A stretch of DNA of 64,000 nucleotides from an uncultured Rickettsiales bacterium (GTDB lineage Bacteria; Myxococcota_A; UBA796; UBA9615), in contig CAYFOA010000005.1 in assembly GCA_964344575.1 (NCBI GenBank), positions 15,105 through 79,104 on the forward strand, read 5' to 3'. Position numbers and translations under genes: made by a program. The notes beneath the pieces were generated by a model. That model was not told where the DNA came from and did not search any database. It was given only the letters and a program-made list of their open reading frames with translations. This document shows, in pieces, positions 27,287 through 36,675 of the stretch (position 1 is the first letter of the stretch; every line of letters begins with the position of its first letter).

Positions 27287-28564
27287 TCAGATCGCGACCG
27301 CCGGGGCGGCCTCCTCGGTGGGGACGTCGGGGACGTACAGGCGTCGCTGGAGGGGGCCGGCCGCGGCGATGAGGACGAGCCCGACGGCGGCCCCCGCGAG
27401 CGCTCCCCAGAGGTGGAGATCGCTCGCCGCGGGGACGTTGTCGCGGAGCCACGTCAGCCCCGCCGCCGTCGTGATGCGCGCCGCCATCCAGGCGCCGACG
27501 ACGGCCGTCGTGGCCCGCCAGTGGTGGTCGCCTCCGATCCGGGACAGGAGCAGGGGGCCGACGAGGACCTCGCCGAGGGCGAGGAGCGCGAACACCGCGA
27601 CCAGCTGCTCCGGCGCCCGGTTCGGGTCGAGCAGGGTCACCCCGAGCGAGAGGATCGCGAGGCCGAGGCCGGCGACGCGGAGGGCGGGGACGTTGCGCCG
27701 GGCCGTCGCGAGGACGACGAAGCACGCGCTTACGAGCAGGCCGAACCAGCCGACGAAGGCGGGGTTGACCAGCTCCCACCAAGCGCCGCTGAACAGGGTG
27801 GGGAGGTACACGGGGACGCCGAACACGTATCCGGTCGCGCTGGAGTAGGAGCCGCCGATCCCGCTGAACATCGGCGCCGCGGCGTCGAACCACGTCATGG
27901 CCGCGCTGTAGGGGAGCACCACCACGACGCCGAGGGCCGCCGCCGTCGCCACCACCGGGAGGTCGAGCCGCTCGGTCACCGCCTCTGCGTCGGCGTCCGG
28001 GTCGCGGGTCAGGAACCAGCCCGCCCACAGGAGCGCTGCGAGGCTCGCGGCCACGCCCGCCAGAGTGGCCGCCGAACCGTAGGCGAGCACGCCGCCGCCC
28101 TGGTTCAGGAGCATCTCCCAGAGCACCGGCCCGGCGATGGCCGTCCCCCCCGCTAACGCCCACAGCCCGATCACCATCGCGTTCCGGGCGGCCTCGTAAG
28201 GGCGGGGGAAGGGGAGGACGGCGGCGGCCCACAGGCACGGCGCGATGACGCCGTAGCCCAGCGCCGCGCCGTTCCGGGCGGCGTCCATCCACGCCGGCCC
28301 GACCACGGGGACGAGGAACCAGGACAGCGCGACGAGGAACAACCCGCCCGCGAGCACCAGCCACGGCCCGACTGCCACCGCCGCCGCCGCCGCCGCCGCG
28401 ATCCCGACGAGCGTCAGCGTGCGCTCCGTCGTCCCGGCGTAGGCCGCGATCTCGGCGTAGTGCCCGTCGACGAGGATCGGGTGCGTTCCCCACCACGCCC
28501 ACGCCTGGAGGGTCAGGATGGCGGGGAGGAAGAGGACCGCCGCGAGGCGCCGGCTGGGACGCAC
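27287..28564 (-). CDS. Polytopic integral membrane protein of unknown function
   Basis: 425 aa with 10-12 predicted TM helices. Co-directional and tightly spaced with the upstream HAD gene. Confidence 0.6.
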   Translation of the reverse strand: MRPSRRLAAVLFLPAILTLQAWAWWGTHPILVDGHYAEIAAYAGTTERTLTLVGIAAAAAAAVAVGPWLVLAGGLFLVALSWFLVPVVGPAWMDAARNGAALGYGVIAPCLWAAAVLPFPRPYEAARNAMVIGLWALAGGTAIAGPVLWEMLLNQGGGVLAYGSAATLAGVAASLAALLWAGWFLTRDPDADAEAVTERLDLPVVATAAALGVVVVLPYSAAMTWFDAAAPMFSGIGGSYSSATGYVFGVPVYLPTLFSGAWWELVNPAFVGWFGLLVSACFVVLATARRNVPALRVAGLGLAILSLGVTLLDPNRAPEQLVAVFALLALGEVLVGPLLLSRIGGDHHWRATTAVVGAWMAARITTAAGLTWLRDNVPAASDLHLWGALAGAAVGLVLIAAAGPLQRRLYVPDVPTEEAAPAVAI

Positions 28565-28567
28565 CCC

Positions 28568-29128
28568 TCAGAGCTCCCAGGTGTCCCAGGTGGTGAAGAG
28601 GCGGGCGTCGACGCCGGCGGCGCGGGCGGCGGCGACCAGGTCGGCGCGGTCGTCCCAGAACACAACGGGGCGGCCGGCGGCGACCACCGCAGCGAGCTCG
28701 TCGAAGGCCCCGGGGTCCGCTTTGACGCGGCCGCGCTCGAAGCTGAGGAGGTAGCGGTCGAAGCCGCGCAGCCAGGGGTGGTCGTCGAGGACGCGGGCGA
28801 AGTGGGCGGGGTCCGTGTCGGACAGCATCCAGAGCTCGCGGCCGGCCGCCCGCAGCTCGGCGAGGGCGCGCGCGGCGGCCGGGCGGGGGGTGAAGATCGC
28901 GGTCCACGACTTGAGCAGCGCCTCGACGTCGGCGTCTCCGGCGAGGCCCCCGAGGAACGCCCGGGGGGAGAGCCGCCCGCGGTCGAGGTCGTGCTTGGGC
29001 GGCGTCGACGGCGCCGCCCGGGCGACGTCCTCGGCCAGACCCGCCGCGACGGCCCCGGCCACCCACCGCTCGAAGTCGACGTCCACGAGGACGTTCCCGA
29101 GATCGAAGACCAGCAGCGGGTCGGTCAC
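28568..29128 (-). CDS. HAD-superfamily hydrolase
   Basis: HAD motif I near the N-terminus (VTDPLLVFDLGNVLVDVD). The start was moved from the track's GTG at 29179, which lies inside the operator palindrome, to the GTG at 29128. Confidence 0.55.
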   Translation of the reverse strand: MTDPLLVFDLGNVLVDVDFERWVAGAVAAGLAEDVARAAPSTPPKHDLDRGRLSPRAFLGGLAGDADVEALLKSWTAIFTPRPAAARALAELRAAGRELWMLSDTDPAHFARVLDDHPWLRGFDRYLLSFERGRVKADPGAFDELAAVVAAGRPVVFWDDRADLVAAARAAGVDARLFTTWDTWEL

Positions 29129-29138
29129 GGGCCGAAGG

Positions 29139-29186
29139 TTGACACGCCGGGGCGCGCCGGATAGTAAGTAAGCAATCACTTACTAA
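29139..29186 (+). promoter_or_regulatory. Sigma70-like promoter (TTGACA-N17-TAGTAA) overlapping a perfect 8-bp inverted-repeat operator (TAGTAAGT-N8-ACTTACTA) upstream of the TetR gene
   Basis: AT-rich palindrome at 29162..29186 in a high-GC intergenic region. The -35 is at 29139..29144 and the -10 at 29162..29167. Confidence 0.45.
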
Positions 29187-29197
29187 CGGGGTGCGAA

Positions 29198-29794
29198 ATG
29201 GCCCGACCGCGACAGTTCACCGACGCGCAGATGCTGGAGGCCGCCCGGGAGGCGTTCCTCGAGCAGGGGCCCGGCGTCTCGACCACGGCGATCGCCGAGC
29301 GGCTGGGGGTGTCCCAGGCCGCGCTGTTCAAGCGGTTCGGGACCAAGGAGGGGCTGCTGCTGAAGTCGATGCTCCCCGACGGGCCGCCGCCGTTCGTGGG
29401 GCAGCTGCTCGGCGGCCCCGATCCCGACCGGCCGCTGACCGATCAGCTCGCCGAGTTCGGGCGCAACGCCGTCGCCTTCCTGCGCGAGATGATGCCCCGC
29501 ATCCAGTGCATCCACGCCGCCGGGCTCGAGCCCGCGGACCACTTCGGCGACGCCGAGAACCTCCCCCCCGTCGTCGTCCGGCGGCTGCTCACGACCTGGC
29601 TGGAGGTCGGCCGGGACCAGGGCCGGATCGCCGGCGACGTCGACCTCGAGACCGCCGCCAGCGCGCTGATGGGGGCGTTCCAGTTCCGCGCCTTCCTCGG
29701 CCGCTTCTGCGGCGGGGCGGTCGCCCCCGAGGACGACGGGGACTACGTCGAGGGCGTCGTCGGCGCGCTGTTCCGCGGATTGGAGCCCCGATGA
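29198..29794 (+). CDS. TetR family transcriptional regulator
   Basis: N-terminal HTH (TTAIAERLGVSQAALFKRFGTKEGLL), 198 aa, immediately upstream of the RND efflux genes. Confidence 0.85.
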   Translation: MARPRQFTDAQMLEAAREAFLEQGPGVSTTAIAERLGVSQAALFKRFGTKEGLLLKSMLPDGPPPFVGQLLGGPDPDRPLTDQLAEFGRNAVAFLREMMPRIQCIHAAGLEPADHFGDAENLPPVVVRRLLTTWLEVGRDQGRIAGDVDLETAASALMGAFQFRAFLGRFCGGAVAPEDDGDYVEGVVGALFRGLEPR

Positions 29795-31215
29795 GAGCCC
29801 CCCTGCAGACCCTGTCCCTCCTGCCGGCGGCGGTCCTCCTCTCCGTCGCCCCCGCCGCCCCCGCCGCCGCCCAGTCGCCGCTCTCGTTCGGGGACGCCGC
29901 CCTCGACGGCGCCATCGACCGCGCGCTCGCCGCCAACTACGACGTCCAGGCCGCCCGCGCCCGCCTCGCCCAGGCCGACGCCCTGTCGTGGACCGCCCGC
30001 GCGTCGCTGATGCCGCAGCTCAGCTTCGGCCTCGGCGTCAACGTCCAGCCCTACGACGCCCTGACCTTCGGCCGGCCCGACTTCGAGATCGAGTGGCCCG
30101 ACATCCCCGGGTTCGAGCCCCCCGAGGAGGACGAGGACGAGGACCCGGCCCTGTTCTGGTCGGGCTCGGCCATGCTCAACCTCGGCTGGCAGCCCGACGT
30201 CTTCGCCCGCCAGGCCCACGCTCACAAGGCGTCGCGGCTGGACGTGCGGGCCGCCGCGGGGGACCGCGACGCCCTCGCCCAGGCCACCGCCGTCCGCGTC
30301 GCCGCCGCCTGGTTCGACCTCGCCGCGGCGAAGGCGCGCGTCGCCGTGATCGACGAGCAGATCGCGACCAACGAGCAGGTCCTCGCCGTCGCCGAGCTGC
30401 GGTTCGCGTCGTCGGACGGAGGCGGGCTCGACGTCGCCCAGCAGCGCGGCCAGCTCGCGGCCACCCGGGCGCTCCTCCCCCCCGCCCGCGCCGCCGTCCG
30501 GCAGCTCCGCGAGCAGCTCCGCGTGCTGCTCGCGCTGGAGCCCGGCGAGGAGTTGATGGAGCCCCGGGCGGAGATCCCCGAGCCGGCCCACACCATCGAC
30601 CCCGTCCTCGACGAAGCGGCGGTCCAGGCGACCGTCCAGGCCGACCCCGACGAGCTGACCGCGGACCGCCCCGACCTGCGCGCCGCCGTCGCCCGCGCCG
30701 AGGCCGCCCGCGCCCGCCACGTCAGCGCCGGGCTGGGGCTGCTCCCCACGCTGCAGCTGTCCGGCAACGCCGGCGTGCAGGGGGTCCACGCGGACGAATT
30801 CGACACCCTCTGGACCTGGGGCGCCGGTGCGACCCTGTCCGTCCCGATCTTCTCCGGCCTCGGCCCCTGGGGGAGCGTGCGCCAGGCCCGCGCCGCCGAG
30901 GTCGCGGCCGCTGCCACCCTCCGGCAGGCCACCGCGACGGCGCAGGCGCAGGTCGCGTCGGCGGTCGCGCGGGAGGACGAGGCGATCGCGCAGCTCGTCG
31001 CCACCGAGGCCCAGCTGGAGGCCGCCGAGATCGCGTTCACGATCAGCCTCGATCGCTACACGTCGGGCCTGACCGGCTACTCCGGCGTGCTGCTCGCGCT
31101 GGCGTCCAAGCAGGCCGCCGAGCTGAGCGCCATCACCGTCCGCCGCGAGCGCCTCGCCGCCCGCGTCGCCCTGCTCGACGCCCTCGGCCGCGTCGAGCTC
31201 CCGGAGGTCCGCTGA
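29791..31215 (+). CDS. Outer membrane efflux protein (TolC/OMF family)
   Basis: ATG overlapping the TetR stop (ATGA). Signal peptide plus two OEP-type repeats. Confidence 0.8.
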   Translation: MRAPLQTLSLLPAAVLLSVAPAAPAAAQSPLSFGDAALDGAIDRALAANYDVQAARARLAQADALSWTARASLMPQLSFGLGVNVQPYDALTFGRPDFEIEWPDIPGFEPPEEDEDEDPALFWSGSAMLNLGWQPDVFARQAHAHKASRLDVRAAAGDRDALAQATAVRVAAAWFDLAAAKARVAVIDEQIATNEQVLAVAELRFASSDGGGLDVAQQRGQLAATRALLPPARAAVRQLREQLRVLLALEPGEELMEPRAEIPEPAHTIDPVLDEAAVQATVQADPDELTADRPDLRAAVARAEAARARHVSAGLGLLPTLQLSGNAGVQGVHADEFDTLWTWGAGATLSVPIFSGLGPWGSVRQARAAEVAAAATLRQATATAQAQVASAVAREDEAIAQLVATEAQLEAAEIAFTISLDRYTSGLTGYSGVLLALASKQAAELSAITVRRERLAARVALLDALGRVELPEVR

Positions 31216-32405
31216 TGTCCCTGCCCCGCCCCCTCCGGATCGCGCTGCCGTTCGCCATCGTCGCGTTCGGCCTGATGGCCGCCGTCCTCCTGGTGAAGAC
31301 GCGGAGCAAGGCCGAGCGCTCGCAGGCACCGCCGCGCGCTCCCGTCGTCGACGTCCTCGAAGCCGCCCCCGGCGATCTCGTCGCCACCGTCGAGGCGACC
31401 GGCGTCGTCGTCCCGTCCCGCGAGGTCGCCATCGCCGCCGAGGTCGGGGGGCGGGTCGTCCGCGTCAGCGACGCGCTGGTGCGCGGGGGCCGCTTCGCCC
31501 CCGGCGACGTCCTCTTCTCCGTCGACGCCCGCGACTACGAGCTCGCCGTCCGCCAGGAGGCCAGCCGCGTGCAGCAGGCCGAGCTCGAGCTGGCCCTGGA
31601 GCGCGAGCGCGGGGCCGTCGCCGCCCGCGAGCTGGACATGCTCGGCGCCGGGTCGTCGGACGCCCCCGGCGCCGGCGCCCTGGCCCGCCGCGAGCCCCAC
31701 CTCGCCACCGCCGAGCGCGCCCTGGAGGCCGCCCGGAGCGCGCTGGAGCGGGCCGAGCTGAACCTCTCCCGGACCACCGTCCGCGCGCCGTTCGCCGCCG
31801 TCGTCCGGAGCGAGACCGTCGAGGTGGGGCAGGTCGTCCAGCCCGGGATGGCGGTCGCGACGCTCCTCGGGAGCGAGCTGTTCTGGGTCGACATCAGCGT
31901 CCCCGTGGACCGCCTCCGCGTGCTCGACGTCCCCGGCCTGGGGGGCGCCGACGCCGGCTCCGCGGCGGTCGTCACGCAGGATCTCGGGGGCAACGGCGGC
32001 CTCGCCCGGACGGGCCGCGTCGTCGGCCTCGCCGCGGACCTCGACCCCCGCACCCGGACGGCCCGCGTGCTCGTCGGCGTCGACGCCCCCCTGGATCCGC
32101 CCGAGGGCGGCCTGCCGCTGCTCCCCGGCGCCTTCGTCGAGGTCGCCGTCAGCGGCCGTACGCTCCCCGGCGCGATCGCCGTCCCGCGGACTGCGCTGGT
32201 CGACGGCGACGCCGTGTGGGCCGTCGGCGCCGGCGACGCGCTCGTCCGCCGCGCCGTCGAGGTCGGCTGGGAGCAGGCCGACACGGTCGTCGTGGTCGGC
32301 GGCCTCGACGCCGGCGACCGGGTCGTCACGACGAAGATGTCGCTCCCCATCGAGGGGATGAAGGTCCGCGTCGCGGGCGCCGGCGCCGAGGGCGACGACG
32401 CATGA
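31215..32405 (+). CDS. RND efflux membrane fusion protein (HlyD/AcrA family)
   Basis: Start overlaps the OMF stop. N-terminal TM anchor, then a coiled-coil/beta-barrel MFP architecture. Confidence 0.8.
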   Translation: MSLPRPLRIALPFAIVAFGLMAAVLLVKTRSKAERSQAPPRAPVVDVLEAAPGDLVATVEATGVVVPSREVAIAAEVGGRVVRVSDALVRGGRFAPGDVLFSVDARDYELAVRQEASRVQQAELELALERERGAVAARELDMLGAGSSDAPGAGALARREPHLATAERALEAARSALERAELNLSRTTVRAPFAAVVRSETVEVGQVVQPGMAVATLLGSELFWVDISVPVDRLRVLDVPGLGGADAGSAAVVTQDLGGNGGLARTGRVVGLAADLDPRTRTARVLVGVDAPLDPPEGGLPLLPGAFVEVAVSGRTLPGAIAVPRTALVDGDAVWAVGAGDALVRRAVEVGWEQADTVVVVGGLDAGDRVVTTKMSLPIEGMKVRVAGAGAEGDDA

Positions 32406-35400
32406 GGACGGTCGGCCCCATCGCCTGGATGGCGCGCAACCCCGTCGCCGCCAACCTGCTGATGCTGCTCATCTTCGCGGGCGGCTTCCTGGGGATGTGC
32501 AACGCCAAGAAGGAGGTGTTCCCCGCGTTCTCGCCGGACGTCATCGCCGTCGCCGTTCCCTACCCGGGGGCCAGCCCGGCGGAGGTCGAGCAGGGGATCG
32601 TGCTCGCCGTCGAGGAGGCCGTCCGCGGCATCGACGGCGTCAAGCGCGTCAACAGCCAGTCGGCCGAGGGCTCCGGCACCGTCACCGTCGAGTTGCTCAT
32701 CGACGCCGACGCCGACCAGGTGCTGTCGGACGTCAAGACGGCGGTCGACCGGATCCGCTCGTTCCCGGAGGAGGCCGAGGACCCCAAGGTCGCGCTGGCG
32801 TCGCGCCGGAGCCACGTCATCAGCGTCCTCATCGCCGGCGACGTCGGCCGGAAGACGCTCCACGGGATCGCTGAGAAGGCGCGCGCGGACCTCCTCGGCA
32901 CGGGCGAGGTCACGCAGGTCTCCATCGGCGGGGTGCCCCCCCTGGAGGTCGCGATCGAGGTGCGCCGGTCCAGCCTGGAGGCGTACGGGCTGAGCTTCGT
33001 GGACGTCTCCCGCCAGGTCGCGGCGGCGAGCCTGGAGCTCCCCGGCGGCGGCATCGACACGAGGGCGGGCGAGATCCTCGTCCGCGTCGCCGACCGGAAG
33101 CGGGACGGAGACGAGTTCGGGGACATCATCGTCGCCGCGACGGACGACGGCTCGGTGGTGCGGCTGCGGGACGTCGCCGCGATCACGGACGGCTACGCGG
33201 ACACCGACGAGGCGATCTACTTCGACGGGCGGCCGGCGGTCCGGCTGTCGGTCTACCGGACCGGCGACGAGACCCCCAAGGGGATCGCGACCATCGTCAA
33301 GGACTACGCGGGGACGCTGGAGGAGACGCTCCCCGCGGGGGTCTCGCTGCACCCCTGGGACGACGACTCGAAGATGCTCGAGGCGCGCATCTCGCTGCTG
33401 ACCCGGAACGCGCTCCTCGGCGGCTTCCTCGTCGTGCTCGTGCTCGCCCTGTTCCTCGACCTCCGGCTGGCCTTCTGGGTGTCGCTCGGCATCCCGATCA
33501 CCTACCTCGGCATGCTCGCCCTGATGCCCGCGCTGGACGTGAGCATCAACATGATCACGCTGTTCGCGTTCATCGTGACGCTGGGGCTGGTCGTCGACGA
33601 CGCCATCGTCGTGGGGGAGGCGGCCTACGAGAAGATGGAGTCCGGGCTGCCGCCGCTCGACGCGGCCATCGCCGGGGCCCGCCAGATGGCCGTCCCGGTG
33701 ACGTTCGCGATCCTCACCTCGATCGCCGCGTTCAGCCCGCTCCTCACGGTGCCCGGGGTGATGGGCAAGATCTTCAAGCTGATCCCCGCCGTCGTCATCG
33801 GCGTGCTGGCGTTCTCGCTGATCGAGTCCTTCTTCGTCCTCCCCGCCCACCTCGGGCACGGGCCCCCGTCCGACCGGCGGGGGAACCGGGTCAACCGGGC
33901 CGTGCAGGCGCGGCTGCAGGGCTTCATCGAGCGGCGCTACAAGCCGTTCCTGCGGGTCGCGATCGCGAACCGGGCGATCGTCATCGCCACGGCGGTGGCG
34001 CTCTTCGCCGTCACGATCGGGACGGTGGCGAGCGGCCGGGTGCCGTTCCACTTCTTCCCCCGCATCGAGTCGGACGTGGTCGTCGCCTCGGCGCGGCTCC
34101 CCTACGGCAGCCCGCTGGCGCAGACGGAGCGGGTCAAGGAGATCCTCGAGGCGTCCGCGGCGGCCACCCGGGACCGGCTCGGGGGCGGCGTCGAGGGGAT
34201 GATCAGCAACGTCGGCCGGGGCCCCGAGCCGCGCGGTCCGGCGCGGAGCCAGGAGATCGGCGGCCACCTCGTCGCGATCGAGCTGCAACTGGTGGACCGG
34301 GAGGCCCGGGAGTACGGCGCGCACGCCTTCGCGGCGGCGTGGCGGAAGGCGACGCCGCCGCTGGCGGGGGTCGAGACCATCAGCTTCAGCGGCGGCGGGG
34401 GGCCGAGCGCGGGAGCGGACATCGCGATCCAGCTGAGCCACGCCGACACGGCCGTCCTCGAGCAGGCGAGCCGCGAGCTGGAGGAGGCGTACCGGGGCTA
34501 CGACCAGCTGACGAACATCGCCAACGAGTTCGCGGCGGGGAAGCCGCAGCTGGACTTCCACCTCAAGCCCGAGGCGCGGACGCTGGGGCTGACCGCGCAG
34601 GACGTCGCCGCGCAGCTGCGGGGGAGCCTGTTCGGCGCGGAGGCGCTCCGGGAGCAGCGGGGGCGGAACGAGCTGAAGGTCATGGTGCGGCTGCCCGCGG
34701 ACCAGCGCGCCTCGGAGCACGACCTCCGCCTGATGCAGATCCGGACCCCCGCCGGCGGCCACGTGCCGCTCCTGTCGGTGGCGGAGTTCGAGCGGGGCCG
34801 CTCGCCGACGTCGATCGACCGGGAGGGGGGGAAGCGGGTGGTCAACATCACCGCGGACCTGAAGCCGGGCATCGACTCGCCGCGGGAGGTGCGGGAGGAC
34901 CTGGAGGGGGTCGTGCTCCCCGAGCTGCTCGCGAGCCACCCGGGCCTGGGCTGGGCCCCGGTCGGCAGCCAGCGCGCGCAGAAGGAGTCGATGCGGGCGC
35001 TGGGGATGGGGTACCTGCTGGCGCTGATCGCGATCTACGCGCTGCTCGCGGTGCCGTTCCGGAGCTACGTGCAGCCGGTGATCATCATGTCGGCGATCCC
35101 CTTCGGCTTCGTCGGCGCCGTGCTGGGCCACGCGATCATGGGGTTCGAGCTGAGCCTGATGAGCTTCTTCGGGATCGTGGCGCTGTCGGGCGTGGTGGTG
35201 AACGACTCGCTGGTCCTGATCGACGCGACGAACCGGTTCAAGGCGGAGGGGAGGACCGCGCGGGAGGCGATCGAGGCGGGCGCGGCGCGGCGCTTCCGGC
35301 CGATCCTGCTGACGTCGCTGACGACCTTCTTCGGGCTCGCCCCGATGCTGCTGGAGACGGACCCCCAGGCCCGCTTCCTGATCCCGATGGCGGTGAGCCT

Positions 35401-35575
35401 CGGCTTCGGCGTGCTCTTCGCGACGCTGATCGTCCTGATCCTGGTCCCCGCGCTGTACCTCGTGGTCGAGGACATCCGCGCCTGGTTCGCGGCGACGGAC
35501 GAGGAGCTCGACGCCCGCCGCTCGTCGCCGCCCCCCACGCTCCCCGACGGACGAGGAGCCTGGGACCCGACCTGA
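32402..35575 (+). CDS. RND efflux transporter permease (AcrB/HAE1 family)
   Basis: ATG overlapping the MFP stop (ATGA). 1057 aa with 12 TM helices and two large periplasmic loops. Conserved AcrB motifs (e.g. FGLAPMLLETDPQARFLIPMAVSLGFGVLFATL). Confidence 0.9.
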   Translation: MRTVGPIAWMARNPVAANLLMLLIFAGGFLGMCNAKKEVFPAFSPDVIAVAVPYPGASPAEVEQGIVLAVEEAVRGIDGVKRVNSQSAEGSGTVTVELLIDADADQVLSDVKTAVDRIRSFPEEAEDPKVALASRRSHVISVLIAGDVGRKTLHGIAEKARADLLGTGEVTQVSIGGVPPLEVAIEVRRSSLEAYGLSFVDVSRQVAAASLELPGGGIDTRAGEILVRVADRKRDGDEFGDIIVAATDDGSVVRLRDVAAITDGYADTDEAIYFDGRPAVRLSVYRTGDETPKGIATIVKDYAGTLEETLPAGVSLHPWDDDSKMLEARISLLTRNALLGGFLVVLVLALFLDLRLAFWVSLGIPITYLGMLALMPALDVSINMITLFAFIVTLGLVVDDAIVVGEAAYEKMESGLPPLDAAIAGARQMAVPVTFAILTSIAAFSPLLTVPGVMGKIFKLIPAVVIGVLAFSLIESFFVLPAHLGHGPPSDRRGNRVNRAVQARLQGFIERRYKPFLRVAIANRAIVIATAVALFAVTIGTVASGRVPFHFFPRIESDVVVASARLPYGSPLAQTERVKEILEASAAATRDRLGGGVEGMISNVGRGPEPRGPARSQEIGGHLVAIELQLVDREAREYGAHAFAAAWRKATPPLAGVETISFSGGGGPSAGADIAIQLSHADTAVLEQASRELEEAYRGYDQLTNIANEFAAGKPQLDFHLKPEARTLGLTAQDVAAQLRGSLFGAEALREQRGRNELKVMVRLPADQRASEHDLRLMQIRTPAGGHVPLLSVAEFERGRSPTSIDREGGKRVVNITADLKPGIDSPREVREDLEGVVLPELLASHPGLGWAPVGSQRAQKESMRALGMGYLLALIAIYALLAVPFRSYVQPVIIMSAIPFGFVGAVLGHAIMGFELSLMSFFGIVALSGVVVNDSLVLIDATNRFKAEGRTAREAIEAGAARRFRPILLTSLTTFFGLAPMLLETDPQARFLIPMAVSLGFGVLFATLIVLILVPALYLVVEDIRAWFAATDEELDARRSSPPPTLPDGRGAWDPT

Positions 35576-35615
35576 GTCTTTCCGGAGCGCTCCCGCGCCG
35601 GTTGGCACGGACGAG

Positions 35616-36113
35616 GTGCCGAAGCGACTCCTGCTCTCCATCCTCCTGGCCGTCGCGGCCTGCGGCTGTCGCGGCTCCTCGATCCTGGATCAGTGCCTCG
35701 AAGGAAGCCCGCTGTTCGTCCTCGACACCTGGCCGGGGTGCTCCCACATGTGCCCCTTCGACTCCTGCCTCGGCGGTTTCGGGACGGCTCCACCGATCCG
35801 CACCAACGCGATCATCGAGGTCGAGACAGGGAGCGCCGACCCGCTCGCGCTGGAGCCCGACGACGGCCTCGGCGAGGTCACGATTCGGAACGTCGGCGAC
35901 GACACGCTTCAGCTCCAGTTCGTCGAGATCGAGCGGACCACCGCCTGGACGGTGGACACGACCGACCTGACACGGCTCCTCGGCCCCGACGACTCGACCG
36001 TCCTCGTCCTCCACTACGAACCCCTCGCCGAGCTCCCCGCCGAGGGCGTCCTCCGGATCGGCTCGAACGACCGCGAGCACCCGGAGGTCGGCGTCCGGCT
36101 GCTTACCGACTGA
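35616..36113 (+). CDS. Cys-rich lipoprotein, possibly a choice-of-anchor-D-like beta-sandwich
   Basis: Lipobox LAVAACGC. A later segment (LGEVTIRNVGDDTLQLQFVEIERTTAWTVDTT...VLVLHYEP) resembles the choice-of-anchor D / ASH domain pattern. Confidence 0.5.
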   Translation: MPKRLLLSILLAVAACGCRGSSILDQCLEGSPLFVLDTWPGCSHMCPFDSCLGGFGTAPPIRTNAIIEVETGSADPLALEPDDGLGEVTIRNVGDDTLQLQFVEIERTTAWTVDTTDLTRLLGPDDSTVLVLHYEPLAELPAEGVLRIGSNDREHPEVGVRLLTD

Positions 36114-36140
36114 GCTTCGCGGGACGGGCATGATCGGCCC

Positions 36141-36662
36141 GTGAGCTACGACCTCCACGCCTTCCTCGTCCCCCCCGGCGTCTCCCCGGCCGACCACGCC
36201 CGGGCCGTCCTCGAGGCCGCCGCCCGGCCCCCGGCGCCCGCGCCGCCCGAGGCTCGCGAGTCGAACGAGCGGCTCGCCGCCGCGCTCGTCGCGAGGTGCC
36301 CCGAGCTCGTCCGGTTCGACACGGATCGCGAAGACGTCGAGCTCATCGCCGAGCCCATCGGCGTCCAGGTCACGCTGACGACCGACTCCGCCTTCGTCAG
36401 CGTCCCCTACTGGCACGAGGGGGAGGCCGCCCGGGCCGCGTTCGCCGTGATCTGGGCCGCCGTCCGCGTCCTCGCCGCCGACGCCGGCTACGCCATCCAC
36501 GACCCCCAGCGCGACGCGTTCCTCGACCTCGGCGCCGACTTCGACGCCGTCGTGGCCGGCTACGAGGCGACCATCGGGCGCGTGCACGGGATCTTCGACG
36601 ACGAGGACGAAACCGAGCCCGAGCCGCCGCCGCCGAAGAAGCCCTGGTGGAAGCTCTGGTAG
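36141..36662 (+). CDS. Hypothetical cytoplasmic protein
   Basis: 173-aa ORF with ordinary composition and no recognisable motifs. Confidence 0.5.
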   Translation: MSYDLHAFLVPPGVSPADHARAVLEAAARPPAPAPPEARESNERLAAALVARCPELVRFDTDREDVELIAEPIGVQVTLTTDSAFVSVPYWHEGEAARAAFAVIWAAVRVLAADAGYAIHDPQRDAFLDLGADFDAVVAGYEATIGRVHGIFDDEDETEPEPPPPKKPWWKLW

Positions 36663-36675
36663 CGGTCGTCCCCCT

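Noticed and set aside
29179-29179. ORF-track start of the HAD gene at the GTG at 29179
   Set aside because: That GTG lies inside the AT-rich operator palindrome and would put 17 residues in front of the HAD motif-I aspartate. The GTG at 29128 is the more plausible start.
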